64,000 nt of DNA from Heteronotia binoei (GCF_032191835.1 NC_083238.1:11346001-11410000); one strand, 5' to 3'; shown: positions 49,712-62,750, counted from the stretch's first letter. Numbers and translations are program-made. Notes: generated by a model from the sequence alone, not told the origin.

Positions 49712-49950
49712 AATAACATAAGAAAAGCCCTGCTGGATCAGACCAGTGGTCCATCTAGTCTACCATCCTGTCTCACACAGTGGCCAACCAGTTCCTCTGG
49801 AGGGCCATCAACAGGGCATAGAGGCCGAGACCCTCCCCTGATGTTGCTTTCTGGCTCAGGGATTTAGAGTTTAGCGCTTCTGAATGTGGAGGTTCCCCTC
49901 AATTACCATGGCTATCCTCCATGAATCTGTCTAATCCCCCTTAAAGCTGT
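49712..49950 (-). mobile_element. CR1 3' end
   Basis: acataagaaaagccctgctggatcagaccagtggtccatctagtc...tctaatcccccttaaagc. Confidence 0.8.
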
Positions 49951-50624
49951 TTACTCCTGTGGTCATCACTTGTTTGTCCATCACTTGTTTCAAGAGACTG
50001 GAGTTGCGAGTGACATCTCACATAAAGTGGAATGAATGGTTCCTTTTCAAATAGAACACTTTTTGATATAAATTCAGAGTGTTTTGAAAAGAAAGACCAA
50101 TGACACTTGTCAGGGGAGTTTCACACCTCCCTGAAGAAAAACCAAACTGTTAAGAACTGGCATTTGAGCCACATGCCACTGTGCCACAGTTGAGTTATGA
50201 GGAAACGCACAGCTGTTTTGGAAGGGGTTTTTTTTTGGGGGGGGGGGGGTAAGCCACTGCATCAACTAGAAAGAGTATAAGAAATGCCAGCACTGAGAAC
50301 AAGGAACTCGATGTCCTTACGAGTTTCATGAGCTGAAGAACTTTAGCAGGTATAGTTTCCCCACCCCTTACAGTCTAATTATTTATCTATCTATATTAGG
50401 TATAATCTGCTTTTCTTACCAGGACGCAAGATGCATTACACAGACTGAGTCAATAAAATCAACAAAATGGGACATTGAAATAGTATATGTGTTCTAGAAT
50501 CAACCAGAAATAATAATAATAATAACAACAACAACTACTACTACTACTACTGAAGCAAAGCAAATTTAGGATGATAAATTAATTGAAGCAAAATTATGTA
50601 GTAGAATTCAATTTACAGTAAACC

Positions 50625-50860
50625 TGAGTTCAATCCCAGTGGAAGCTGGGTTCAGATAGCCAGCTCAAGGTTGGCTCAGCCTTCCATCCTTCTGAGGTTG
50701 GTAAAATGAGTACCCAACTTGCTGGTGGTAAAGTGTAGATGACTGGGAAAGGCAATGGCAAACCATCCTATAAAAAGTCTGCCATGAAAATGTCATGATG
50801 CAATGTCACCCCAGAGTCAGAAATGACTGGTGCTTGCACAGGGGACTACCTTTGCCTTTA
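50625..50860 (+). mobile_element. Sauria SINE (head truncated)
   Basis: cctgagttcaatccc...gcacaggggactacctttgccttt. Confidence 0.88.
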
Positions 50861-50877
50861 TACACAATTAGTATCAA

Positions 50878-51524
50878 CTAGATGTGTGCAAACCCCACCC
50901 CTCATTTTTTTGGTTCAAGTTTATTGAACCAGAAACAAATGTTGGGTTCTCCTGCTAAAATCCTAGATCCCTATACCAGTGGAGTATTCAGATCTCAATT
51001 TTTTCAAAAATCCCAAAATGAGTCCAAAAGACTCAAAAAGAAAAAAAAATGGGAGGGAAGATGCACACCAGAAACTGTTTCAGCTGGGAGAAGTCTGCTT
51101 CTCATGGACACAGATGATCCTGGCCTGGCTTCTTGTGCAGCCCAGTTTAAACTGGGCTACAGGAAAAGCCAGCCCCAAGTCAAGCTGTTGTGGAGTTCTT
51201 AGCTCCCTGCTGACACAGCCGATCCTGGGCTGACATCCCCTGCTACCCAGTTTAAACTGGACCGCAGGAAAAGCTGCCCAAACACAGCCGATTCTTGGGC
51301 TGACTTCTGCAGTCCCTTTAAACTTTAAAGGTACTGCAATAGAAATCTGACAAACAGCTGATTGCACCCACTTCTCTGCTGTTCTTGGATCTACCTGGTA
51401 ATTCCAGATCCAGAATATATCCGGGATTGGAGGGGGGGATTTTTTTCCTGAGAAAACCCAGATACATTTGGCATTTTTGGTGGGTATATTTTCAACTTGG
51501 GTATATCTGAAGGCACACCCCTAG
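50878..51524. mobile_element. MITE with ctag(g/a)..tgtgc TIRs and internal palindromic repeats
   Basis: ctagatgtgtgc vs the reverse complement of gcacacccctag (10/12 identical); 20-bp perfect palindrome at 51139-51158. Confidence 0.7.
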
Positions 51525-51574
51525 AACGAACAACGGTCCCTATTAATTTATCCAATTAAGTTTCTGAATCATTT

Positions 51575-51895
51575 TGTACAGTGCTACTCATTATCTATGT
51601 AGAAAAAACCCTTTTGAATAATTCAGTTTTGCTTAGTTTGTGGAAGGCCAAGAGAGTGGGAGCCTTCCTGACCTCAGGCAGGTCACTCCACAAGATGGGG
51701 GCCACAATGGAGAAGGCATGTGTATGGCAGTTACTGATTTTACCCATTTGCAGATTGGCACCTGCAGGAGGTCCTGCCCAGACGAGTGAAGCTGACACAA
51801 GGGGTAATAGGGGGAGAGACGGTCTTGCAGATATGTGGGTCCAAGACCTTCAAGGGTGATAGCCAATACTTTAAATTGAACCCAATAACCAATGT
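51575..51895 (-). mobile_element. L2 3' fragment
   Basis: WVQFKVLAI.LEGLGPTYLQDRLSPYYP; AFSIVAPILWSDLPEVR.APTLLAF.KL.KTELF. Confidence 0.85.
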
Positions 51896-53290
51896 TTGGG
51901 GATGTAGCATCTGATAAAATTCTCCCTTCTACCAGTCTCTTAGAAGTGACTGAAACCCTCACGATCCATTTATTTGATCATATAGTGCTGTTGACTTCTG
52001 TATACTTTTTTTCCCCTGTGATTCGTTAATACGTCCAACACAAAGTGCCTCAAATTGGCCTCTTGTTAGGGAACCCTTTGGACAGGTTTGGCCATGTCAA
52101 AATAAACAAAAATGGATCTGGCTAGAGCTTTGTACAAAAGACAAAAATTAAAACAAGGCTTTTCATTCAGTACTGCCAACTTGAGCAATACGCTTTTTAA
52201 ATGGAAAGAGGGAGGGGGGGGACCTGAAAATGAGATTCGATTACAAACGTCCAACGCTCCACGATGCCTCCCTAACCAAGTAATTGGGTTTTTATAAAAG
52301 AGTTCTTTTTTTCCAAAAAACCAAACATTTCCAAAGAGGGGGGAAAAAACCCCCCACCCCCTCCCTGCTCCCACCTTGTTGTGAGCAATACTGTGATATT
52401 GCAGGAAACGGCTTGCTGCGCTCTGATATGACACTCAAGTGGGTGACTGAGAGCCAATCAGGTACTGCCTGTGGAGATGTTTTTGTTTGCAACATTTTCA
52501 CACATATTTATTCAAATAAAGCTTTTGTTTTACCAACACTGCAAAACACTGTGCTGCATTATGCTGTGATTTTGAAGTGACAGCACCGAGGGGACTGCTG
52601 TAAAAGACTTGAAGGCAACTGAGGCTGAAAACTAAAGCTTTGTTATTGCTTTGTTAGTTCTGAAGTCATGCCATACATTTAAGATTTACATGGGGGGGGG
52701 TAGGGGGAGAAACACCCCCAAACGTGTGTCAATGCTGCGTTTTGATTTTGAGCAAAGTTATTTCAGTCTCATAATCTTTTCTCAGGAACTTCTGTTTTCA
52801 ATATGAATTTAGATTTTTAAAGAAACCCCACGGTTGTATTTGTATAACATACAGCAAATGGATCTGAATATATTAACAAGTGGTTTAGACTAGCTAAAAT
52901 AACAATTCATTCCTGTACATGTATACGCAGAAGCAGATTTCACTGGCCTGTATCTTCCCACTCCACAAAGTCTGAAAACTTACTCCAACTTCACGCTGCT
53001 TTCCTAAGCATAGTCACACCCTTTTGACCCCCAATGTCTTCAACAGACTTAACATATGCTTGGAATTGCTATGTGAATATCTCTTCCCTGAGGGCAACAA
53101 CTAACTATTGGTTGAAGGCTCCTCAGGCTGGAGGAAGGCTTCAAACTTTGATGAGTGGTGGGGTACAGGACACTGTGTACTATGAGCTCACAAAGTTTAG
53201 TCAATGTCATGGAAACAGGGATATCTCTAGATCTTTCCTTTGACAGTTTGTGATTTAGAAGTAGTTTGGCTCTGAATGCTGGAACAAAAT

Positions 53291-53425
53291 GTTATGGCCT
53301 CCATGCAAGATTCCTTTCGATTTCTGTTATGGCCTCCATGCAAGATTCCTTTCGATTCCTGTTATGGCCTCCTTGCAAGATTCCTTTCGATTCCTGTTAT
53401 GGCCTCCTTGCAAGATTCCTTTGGA
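53291..53425. repeat. 35-bp minisatellite, about 3.8 copies
   Basis: gttatggcctcc(a/t)tgcaagattcctttcgatt(t/c)ct repeated. Confidence 0.95.
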
Positions 53426-54329
53426 ATTTGGCCATCTTTCATTAAATACTAGGACTAGCTATGTCCATCATTGGACAAGATGTATCCTTGATCTGATCCT
53501 GTATGCAGTGTTTAGGATCACGCCCTAACAGATGTTATCAACTGCAAATAAAAGTCATGATCCTTCAAAAGTTAAGCATTTTTTAAAGTACTGTTGACTT
53601 CAATGGGAGACACATATGCACTCATGCTTATTCCTTTCTGACAATCAATAGGGCTTGAAAGTCCTTCACTTTGACTGGCATTGAACCTAGAAGAGTTTTG
53701 AGTTTGGTCTTCTCCATTTCTGAAGGTGGATCAATCTCTAACGTCAAATTCAGTGCAAAGATTGACTAACTTTTCTATTAATGCCGATAAGAACTATGTA
53801 TTCATGACTCAAAAGAGAACAGTATTCTTCACAGTCATCCCAGGCATTTCCACAGTAGTTGTTTTGTTTGGTTTCTGAACAAGTAGTCTAAATGTGTGTG
53901 GCTAAAGCATGCAGCATTTGGGGAATCTTTCTGCTGCATAGGCTTTTCTTTACCCACACTGAAACTACTATTACTCTGGTATGTTCTTCAGATTATTAGT
54001 TGATTAGTGCAGTGGTGAGAAGAAGTATATTGAATCTGATGGAACTCTGAATCAGTGCACCCGAGATCCAAACTTCATGTGGGCCTGCTGGGAAACCATT
54101 CTAGTCCTTCAACTAAAGTTGGGGGTCCTGACAGAACGTGGTAAGAAATTCATTTTTTTAACTCAGTTTTCTTTGGTCCCATCTGTATTTACTTCTGTCT
54201 TTATATCACAAAGGACCAATATTTTTGTCTCTTTCCAATAGATTTCCCATAGCACCATATAGAGTCACAAGACTGCAAAGGCGGGGTGGGGGAGAATGTA
54301 TATTGGGACTCCAGCTCTACATGATGAAG

Positions 54330-54500
54330 ATGTGTGTTGCTGTGCAAAGATCAAGAGGAGGAAACTGGAATATTTTGGGCACTTTTGAAGGGGAGATGGA
54401 GACCATCTGTGGAAAAGGATGCTGCAAGGAAGAGTGCCAGGACAGAGATAAAAGTGACGGCAAAGGAAATAGTGGCTTGGAAACATCAAAGGGCAGGACT
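54330..54500 (+). mobile_element. Old RTE-type LINE remnant
   Basis: From 54350 reads IKRRKLEYFGH, then KRMLQGRVPGQR-like. Confidence 0.6.
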
Positions 54501-55077
54501 GAATACAGAGCAGAGATGAAAAAGTAATCTTGAACCAGAACAGGCAAATTCATGATACTGTCAGTATTCAGAGGCAGGGTTTAGATCAAGGTGGTTGGTT
54601 GGATTGAAGTCAGGTGTCAGGAGATTGGGTACAAAGTCACATTCAGAAAACCAAAAATTCAAAGGCACAGTCAGGAAGCCGAATGGAGTCCAAAAGCAGG
54701 TTATTGCAGCCAATATCTCATCGCTGAAGCTTGGAAATGGCACATAATTAAATACCAGGCAATCAAGCAAAAGCCAAGGAGTCTAGGAATGGACACTGGA
54801 ATCTCTCAGTGTTGAATCAAGCAGCAAATGGATGACACAAGCATTTCTTACAGTTTTAAACTTTTGGTAACGGGTTTGCACAGTGGAATCAGCAAACAAG
54901 ATGCAAAGGACCAAGACTATCTGGTATAAGCCCCTAAAGTCACTTTGAAACAAATTCAAAATTCTATCAAAGTTGACTTCAAAAACTTGGGTCAAAATCA
55001 GAACATGAATCTTTGAATTCAAATTCAGCACAGATCCGAAAGCTTTTGAAGACCGGCTGTGCCATATGCTGGTGGAA

Positions 55078-55215
55078 AGTGCCATCAAGTGGCAATCTCA
55101 CGGGGCTTTCAAGGCAAGAGAGAGTCAGACATAATTTGCCATTACTTGCCTCTGCATAGCAACCCGACACTTCCTTGGTGGTCTCCCATCCAAGTACTAA
55201 CCCGTCTGGTTCATC
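55078..55215 (-). mobile_element. 5S-derived SINE
   Basis: caaggcaagagag...tttgccatt...ccttggtggtctcccatccaagtactaacc. Confidence 0.7.
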
Positions 55216-55724
55216 CCAGTCAGGGGATACAAGTACTGTAAAATTCAAAAGCTTTGGAAGATTACCTTAGGAGGACTGAACACACAGAAGTCTGGGAAAC
55301 CAGTTTTCTGATATGTTTGAAACTTTGAAAGGCAGAGATAGATAATTGAATGATGTGTAAATGACAATATATGGAAGAGAGATCTAGCTTGAATCTTGGG
55401 CTCAGTGTCTTTTATATTTCTCATAACTCAAGAGTATAAAATGCTCCCATATCTTCTATTCTCTTTTCTTAGGGCCAACCAACTCTAGCATGAGTGGGAA
55501 CCATAGGTACTATCTCCTTCCACAATCAGTAGCTTGCTTCCAAGGGAAACAGGTAAACTTGCTGTACTCTGTAGAAGGCATACAGTTACAAACTGAGGAA
55601 AGAAGGAAAGAGAAAAAGACTGCATCTCCCAGCTTCTGCAATAGGCAGTATACCCACAAGAGGTAGGAGTAGGAATGGGTTGATCGTGGAAAATTTAAGT
55701 TGATCGTGGTTTATGAGGTGTCAC

Positions 55725-56302
55725 AAACTAGGATGAATGGCCCCTGGTTTGCAAACCTGATGGTTCATGAGATTCATGGATCTTCCCCTCCCTTCCTCCT
55801 TTCTACTGGTAGTAGCTCCCCAAGGCCAACAGAATGGGTGTGGGGGGGAAGATCTTGCAAAGGCCATTTAAAGGGAATGTTCCCTTTAAATGGCTTTTGT
55901 GAGCCATTTCAGTGATCCCAGAGTGAGAGGGATTTCTGAAATGGCTTGCATCAATTTCAGCCTATTTAAATGCCTTCCCAGTTCACTCAATGAGTTATGC
56001 TGCTGAGCTGGGCATGACACAGTGAGTCAACTGAGAAGGCATTTGAATGCCTTTTCAGTTTACTTGTGAGTTTCACAGCTGTGGTGTGGCTTGCAAAAAC
56101 CATTTAAAGGGATTTCTCTAAGTGCCTTCTCCAAGCCCTGCTCCCGGTGCCAGTGCGACTGCCAACATGAGCCATACAAACTCACCTGGGAGGTTTGTGG
56201 GGTTTGTGAGGGCAGGATGGCATGAACTAAGGTTTGTAAGCCACAAACTGGGCCTAGTTCATAATTAACTTTGGGTCATGATTTTGTTCAGGCTCATCCC
56301 TG
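55725..56302. mobile_element. MITE related to 34170-34745
   Basis: Shared gggcatgaac/gttcatg motifs; internal 15-bp hairpin at 55863-55894. Confidence 0.6.
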
Positions 56303-57284
56303 AGTGGGAGCAAACATTTTGCTTATACTTGTTGGAAGGCATGCATGCAAATTAGCTATTGCAAAGGAATTGCAGGGGTCAAATGATACAGCTTCCCAGG
56401 GAAAGGTAGGACTGGATTACTTGAAATAGTGAGAGAAATGTGTGACAAAGAAGAATCGAAGGGGACTCACCCTCCATGAGAGATCATAAGGAATCACATT
56501 TCTGAGATCCCTTGCAAACTATAAAACTGTGCTGTTAGCTGTACAAATCCACCCAGCAGCTACCGACTACTATTTGCCAATTGTTGTTTGAGTTTAAAAA
56601 AATCCCTCCAAATGTAAGCAAACCAGGGGGCTGAGAGAGAACAACTGTAAATGAAAACTGATTTTGTTGGTAACCAAACCTAACTCATATCCGCTCTTGC
56701 ATCATGATCTCCCTTACTCAATGGAACTCAGGGAGCACAGAGGGAAGGGGCAAGGACCTAATTTTCCTTTCCCTTGCTGTCTGTTTTTTATTTGACAGGT
56801 ACCCCCAAGAAAAGAAGAAGAAACTCACCCAAATACCAATTCAGCACTAAATGCTCCTTGTATCTGCTCTGCAAGCAAGATTTGTAATTGCTTAAAAATC
56901 AGGATGCTTTATCCTATCTGTTTTAGCAGATTGGATCTTCGAAGGAGCAAGCTTAAGCAGCTCTACTCAGCAGCAAGTTCCGTTTTCTTCACTGAGATAT
57001 CTCAGGGTAGTTTTGGTGCTCACTTTTAATGTGTACCTGAGAGTGCTGCAGCAAAAAATTCAGAAATAGAAATAGACATTTGTATTAGAGAGGGTGTACA
57101 CGTATGTGGATGAGGGACCGATACATTTCACAGAAGTTTATTTTTGGCTCTAATACACAGAATTCCTTGTAAGCAACAAAAGGCAAAGACAGAGCAGAAT
57201 GGTTTATAGAGTTGGCATTTGATTTGAACTTCAAGATAGTCTAGCCTTACTTTCTCTGCTAATTTAGGTCCATTTGGACCTTAA

Positions 57285-57435
57285 AAAGGTAAAGGAAGCC
57301 CCGGGTGCAAGCACCGGCTCATTACTGACCTGTGGGGTGATGTCACATCAGGACATTTTCTTGGCAGACTTTTATGGGGTAGTTTGCCATTGCCTTCTCC
57401 AGTCATCTACACTTTACCCCCAGCAAGCTGGGTAC
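57285..57435 (-). mobile_element. Sauria SINE 3' part
   Basis: aaaggtaaagg...gtgcaagcacc...gtttgccattgccttc...cagcaagctgggtactc. Confidence 0.85.
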
Positions 57436-57787
57436 TCCACCAAACCTAAATAGATGTCCATGTGGAATGACATCCAAATTTACATTAGCCCAGGCTGATA
57501 TGTTACGAAGTTCTTGCATTTGATGACACAAAGACTTTGTTGGTGACACAAAGACATGACTCAGATATTCCATGGGAGCTTTGTGCCTTCCAGACTCATA
57601 TGAACCTCTTTTCTCCTTGAGGCCAGGGCACGCAGGCAGAAGTAGTTGCAGCCTTCCTCTCCGCAGTTTTCTCCTCCTTAAACTAATCTTTGGAGCTGCT
57701 ATTGGTTCCACTGAAAAACTTAGGGGTAGCTGTGCAAGTAGCCTCATTTCACAGCTGGAGCCAATAGGAGCTCCATGGGATGTTTGG

Positions 57788-58146
57788 GAGGGACAGTGGC
57801 TCAGTGGTAGAGCATCTGCTTGGGAAGCAGAAGGTCCCAGGTTCAATCCCCGGCATCTCCAACTAAAAGGGCCCAGGCAAATAGGTGTGAAAAACCTCAG
57901 CTGGAGACCCTGGAGAGCCACTGCTGGTCAGGGGAGGGACGGTGGCTCAGTGGTAGAGCATCTGCTTGGGAAGCAGAAGGTCCCAGGTTCAGTCCCCGGC
58001 ATCTCCAACTAAAAAGGGTCCAGGCAAATAGGTGTGAAAAACCTCAGCTTGAGACCCTGGAGAGCCGCTGCCAGTCTGAGAAGACAATACTGACTTTGAT
58101 GGACCAAAGGTCTGATTCAGTATAAGGCAGCTTCATATGTTCATAT
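57788..58146 (+). mobile_element. Dimeric SINE family B (different junction)
   Basis: Heads at about 57790 and 57935 joined by ggagagccactgctggtcaggggag. Confidence 0.88.
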
Positions 58147-58246
58147 GAGAAGGAAGCCATGAAAAGGGGAGGCCACTAGCTCAGACTGGTTTAAAAGAGG
58201 ATTTTGATGTACGCACTTATTAATGTATTTGTTTTATTTATGCATT

Positions 58247-58558
58247 AGCGGCCCCGTGGCGCAGAGTGGTAAAGCAGTGGTACTGCAGTACTGCAGTCTG
58301 AACTCTCTGCTCACGACTTGAGTTCGATTCCGGCGGAAGCTGGATTCAGGTAGCCGGCCCAAGTTTGACTCAGCCTTCCATCCTTCTGAGGTCGGTAAAA
58401 TGAGTACCCAGCTTGCTGGAGGAAAAGTGTAAAAGACTGGGGAAGGCAATGGCAAACCACCCCGTAAAAAGTCTGCCGTGAAAACATTGTGAAAGAAACG
58501 TCACCCCAGAGTCGGAAACGATTGGTTGCTTGCACAGGGGACCTTTCCTTTTTTCCTT
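58247..58558 (+). mobile_element. Sauria SINE, full length
   Basis: gcggccccgtggcgcagagtggtaaag head to gcacaggggacctttcctttt tail. Confidence 0.92.
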
Positions 58559-58759
58559 TATTTATGCAGCCGCACAGAGATCTGCTCAAGCAGGGTTACA
58601 ATCAAACCAATAAAAGAAAACCATTAAACTTTAGCCATAAAAAAAAATCCCAAGACAGGTCATTAAAAACAAGCCAGGGCATGAAAACAATAAACCACAC
58701 ACACATCAAGTAACTTAAAATGCCCTCAGGCCTGTAGCATACTATATAACAGGTAAAAG

Positions 58760-59150
58760 TTATAGTATAAACTCCCATAGTTTGGTTATAAAAAAAATAT
58801 TTTAGCCTGGCAACTAAGGGGGAAGTGACAGCTGATCCTCAAGTGGGAGAGTGCTCCACAGGTAGGATGTCACCACTGAAAAAGCCCTGCCTCTGGTCAC
58901 CACCAACTTTACCTCCTCAGGCAGGGTTTAAAAAGAGGATTCCATATCCAAGGAGGGAAGATGAGTCTATGGCATTCAACCAAGATGGCGGAATGGAACT
59001 CCTGTTTTCTCAGGCGCTATATCTCAGAATACTAGTTTTTGGGAGACAGCAACATGAGGCGACTTAAGACTCTGCTACTCTGGGTGAAGCTTTTTAGGCA
59101 TGTGGTTGGGCTACGGTGGGAAACAGGACTAGATGGACCACTGATCTTAC
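58760..59150 (-). mobile_element. Degenerate L2 remnant
   Basis: aaaatattttagcctggcaac...gtgctccacaggtaggatgtcaccactgaaaaagccctg is the reverse of an L2 C-terminus. Confidence 0.55.
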
Positions 59151-59879
59151 CCAGCGGAGCTTGGCTTCCACTGTTAAATGCAACAGAAGGGCTGCACATG
59201 TAAACCGGTTGTTATCGTCAAATGAATGTCTTTAAAATATGGCTGTACAAGCTTCATCTGGAAACAACAGGCTCCCATATGCTATTCAGGGATGCTATTG
59301 GTATTAGCACCTTTCACAACAAAGCAGGCAATATGTAATCTGGGAATACCTGCAAAGTTGTCCCTTTTTTTTGCAAGAGTAAGAACTGTGGGCCTCTGAG
59401 TGCAAGCTCAGTCAGATTAAATATGAAAGTCTGGCTATGTTTTTGGAGACATCCCCTGCCAAATTTCTAATGTACTCTGGCGTTGTCAGGCACCATCCCT
59501 AAGCTCTTGCATCGCAAAGAGGGGCTTCTGCCTTGATAAGTTAACCTGTTTTCCTCTTGATACATAAATCAGGAAAGTGATTCATATATCAATTTCACTA
59601 CCACCCATAAGAATTTCTGCCAAAGTTTCTCCAGAAGTGAAATTCCAAGTCCATATTGGAGTTCTTTCTCTGGAAAAAAAGCTTTTAAGTACTTTTGAGG
59701 GAAGTTCGTCATTTCAGTGAAGCTAGTAAAATTGGTCAAACGCGCCAAAATTTCCACTGGATTCTTTTCCTAAAGTGAACTCAGAAAGGAATCAAAAGAT
59801 TTTTCCTCAGCAGGAAACCTGATCGATGTTGAGGGAAGGGAAAGGAGTTTCAGTGCTGATCAGAATTTCTTTGGGTAGA

Positions 59880-60135
59880 CTTATACAACCCTAGTTAGAA
59901 CTGATAAAAGGAAGTACTTCTTCACCCAAGGAGTGATTAACACATGGAATTCACTGCCACAGGAGGTGTTGGTGGCTACAAGCATAGACAGATTCAAGAA
60001 GGGACTGGATAAGCATATGGAGCAGAGGTCCATCAGTGGCTATTAGCCACAGCCTATTGTTGGAATTCTCAGTCTGGGGCAGTAATGCTCTGTATTCTTG
60101 GTGCTTTGGGGGGGGGGCACAGTGGGAGGGCTTTT
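59880..60135 (+). mobile_element. CR1 3' fragment (long-UTR variant)
   Basis: KRKYFFTQGVINTWNSLPQEV; same ggctattagccacag anchor as the arrayed copies, followed by a non-microsatellite UTR. Confidence 0.85.
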
Positions 60136-60589
60136 GCTGTCTCCTAAAATACTAAGGGATATTCTTGAAACTGATGGATAGTAAATCAATGATAGGCAAA
60201 AGAAAGTACTTTCCCATCAAGTGCATAGTTAACTTGTGGAACTCATTGCCACAGGAAGTAGACCTAGATAGTTTTAAAGGGGGAACATTAACACGTGCCA
60301 AATAGAATTTTTTACACAGAGAGACAGAATACCACTGAGTAGCAGTTGCTAGCAGACAACAATGGCAGATAGATTAAGGCTGCATTCATCTGGGTCTTCT
60401 GGGATATCTAATTAGACATGACAAGAAACAGTATGTTTGATTGTGTGAACATTTGCTTTGGTCCGACAAAGATTTCTTATGTCTTCATCTGAGGCAGCAC
60501 AAGGGAAAGCATGTGATCTGGCCACATGATTCACATCAAGCCAAACCTTGCATACTGACAGTTTCAGATATCTAGGTGGGGGCATCATT

Positions 60590-60790
60590 TAGTGGTTAGT
60601 GGCAGAGTGGTTAGTTTGTCAAATGAGGATCTGGGAAACCGAGATTCTATCCACCACTCTACTATGGAAGCTTACTGGATGACTTTGGAATATCGAGACT
60701 TTTTTCCTCAAGCTAGCCTGCCTCACAAGGTTGTTGGGAGAATTAAAAGAGAGGAGAATGAGTTGGGTCTCCATTGGAGGAAAGTGGGGA
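60590..60790 (+). mobile_element. Old MIR/CORE-like SINE
   Basis: tagtggttag head; cctgcctcacaaggttgttgggagaattaaaa core. Confidence 0.6.
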
Positions 60791-62051
60791 GTAAATAAAG
60801 TAGAAAAAAATCCATGACTTGCATATCTGCTACTCTTAAGGGCTCAGGAGCAAGGCCTGAAAAAAAATGTGGCGACCCTAATATATGGTTAGAAATGAGT
60901 GAAGTCTGTGATCTGGCATAAGGAACAGGCAATTTTGCATCCCCCTCCTTTATTCTGTTTCCCAGCCTCATTTCCTTACACCTATGGAGGCAAGCCCAGA
61001 ATATATACATCTGAGACAGCTCTCTTAACTTTCCCAGAAAAAAAAAAAAAAAAGGATTTTAGAAACTCTAAAACAGTTTGTCTGATTACTCTTAATTGGA
61101 CATGATAGCTTGAAAAGCTGGAAGCAAGGAGAAGGGGGGGGGGGAGAGACAGCAATCTTAATGTTTCTGATACAAAAGGCAATTTAAAAAAAAAGGCGGG
61201 GGGAAGTTGAAGCAATAGGACTTGCAGATGGTTAACATTTCCATTTGTCTCCACTCCCTCCCTGGAAGCATTGTTTTTATTCTGCTGTTAAATCTTCCCA
61301 GACATTGGGTCTTGTTTGATCTGCAGAAGAAAAGGTTGACACTCTGCAAGCAGGAGCTGCTGAAACATTGGTCGGATTAAGTAGCAAAGTGTCCCATTTC
61401 TGCACGGGGTCATTAATCCACGGTGTGGTGGTGGGGGGGTGGGGGAGAGAAAAAGAAATTGCAAGACATTTGGAAACTTACTTTCATGTTGCCAGTGTTT
61501 TATTTGAAATATGTCTCTCTTATTTAGCAAATGATATTCCCACCCAGATGCCTGACACTGTCAGTTTGCAAGATTTGGCTTGGCATGAATCATGTGGCCA
61601 GCTCATACGCTTTCCATTGTGCTGAAAGAACCAGAAATGTCATTTAGGAATATTAATCATCTAAGCTGCTTCCAAAAGATGATGTTGTGTAAATATGCAG
61701 GCTGTGATCTGCGCTGCAAGGCTCCAGCAGAGAAATCATTTTAGCTACCCCCCCTGCCCCTCCCTGCTGTACAGTCCCATTAGTTTGTTCTGGGGAGTAC
61801 TTTGGAAGTTCTGATCTTCCAGTTCCCACATGGGGGGGGGGGGGGGAAGGATGCAGATGCTTCTGTCAGTATGTCAGAATTCCTGTTATCTAAACTTAAA
61901 CGTCCCTTAACCAGTTCAGGCGTTCTGATTGGTGATGTTCAATCAACCCAATGGTTTGGTTGCACCAAGATGATAAATGCAACCAAATGTACAGGCCCAA
62001 AAAGCAGCACATGCCATTTCAATTAGGAATCCTGACTGTGCAGACACAAAC

Positions 62052-62750
62052 AGAAGAAGAAGAAGATATTGGATTTATATCCCTCCCTCCACTCCGAAGA
62101 GTCTCAGAGCGGCTCACAATCTCCTTTACCTTCCTCCCCCACAACAAACACCCTGTGAGGTAGATGAAGATATTGGATTTATATCCCGCCCTCCACTCCG
62201 AAGAGTCTCAGAGCAGCTCACAATCTCCTTTCCCTTCCTCTCCCCCACAACAGACACCCTGTGAGGTAGATGAAGATACTGGATTTATATCCCGCCCTCC
62301 ACTCCGAAGAGTCTCAGAGCGGCTCACAATCTCCTTTACCTTCCTCCCCCACAATAGACACCCTGTGAAGTAGATGAAGATATTGGATTTATATCCTGCC
62401 CTCCACTTCGAAGAGTCTCAGAGCGGCTCACAATCTCTTTACCTTCCTCCCCCACAATAGACACCCTGTGAGGTAGATGAAGATACTGGATTTATATCCC
62501 GCCCTCCACTCCGAAGAGTCTCAGAGCGGCTCACAATCTCCTTTACCTTCCTCCCCCACAATAGACACCCTGTGAGGTGGGTGGGGCTGGAGAGGGCTCT
62601 CACAGCAGCTGCCCTTTCAAGGACAACCTCTGCCAGAGCTATGGCTGACCCAAGGCCGTGCTAGCAGGTGCGAGTGGAGGAGTGGGGAATCAAACCCGGT
62701 TCTCCCAGATAAGAGTCCACACACTTAACCACTACACCAAACTGGCTCTC
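62052..62750 (-). mobile_element. SINE family A with five tandem 3' units
   Basis: Units at 62062, 62166, 62272, 62376 and 62479 (103-106 bp), then an intact body and head. Confidence 0.93.

Noticed and set aside
53990-54140. Plus-strand exon candidate (GEKKYIESDGTLNQCTRDPNFMWACWETILVLQLKLGVLTER, donor gtaaga)
   Set aside because: Weak acceptor, no recognisable protein, and no partner exons.
57788-58020. tRNA genes (cloverleaf-like heads ending in cca, apparent GGG anticodon loop)
   Set aside because: Each is followed by the same SINE body and tail at many loci, and the acceptor stem is imperfect; these are SINE heads.
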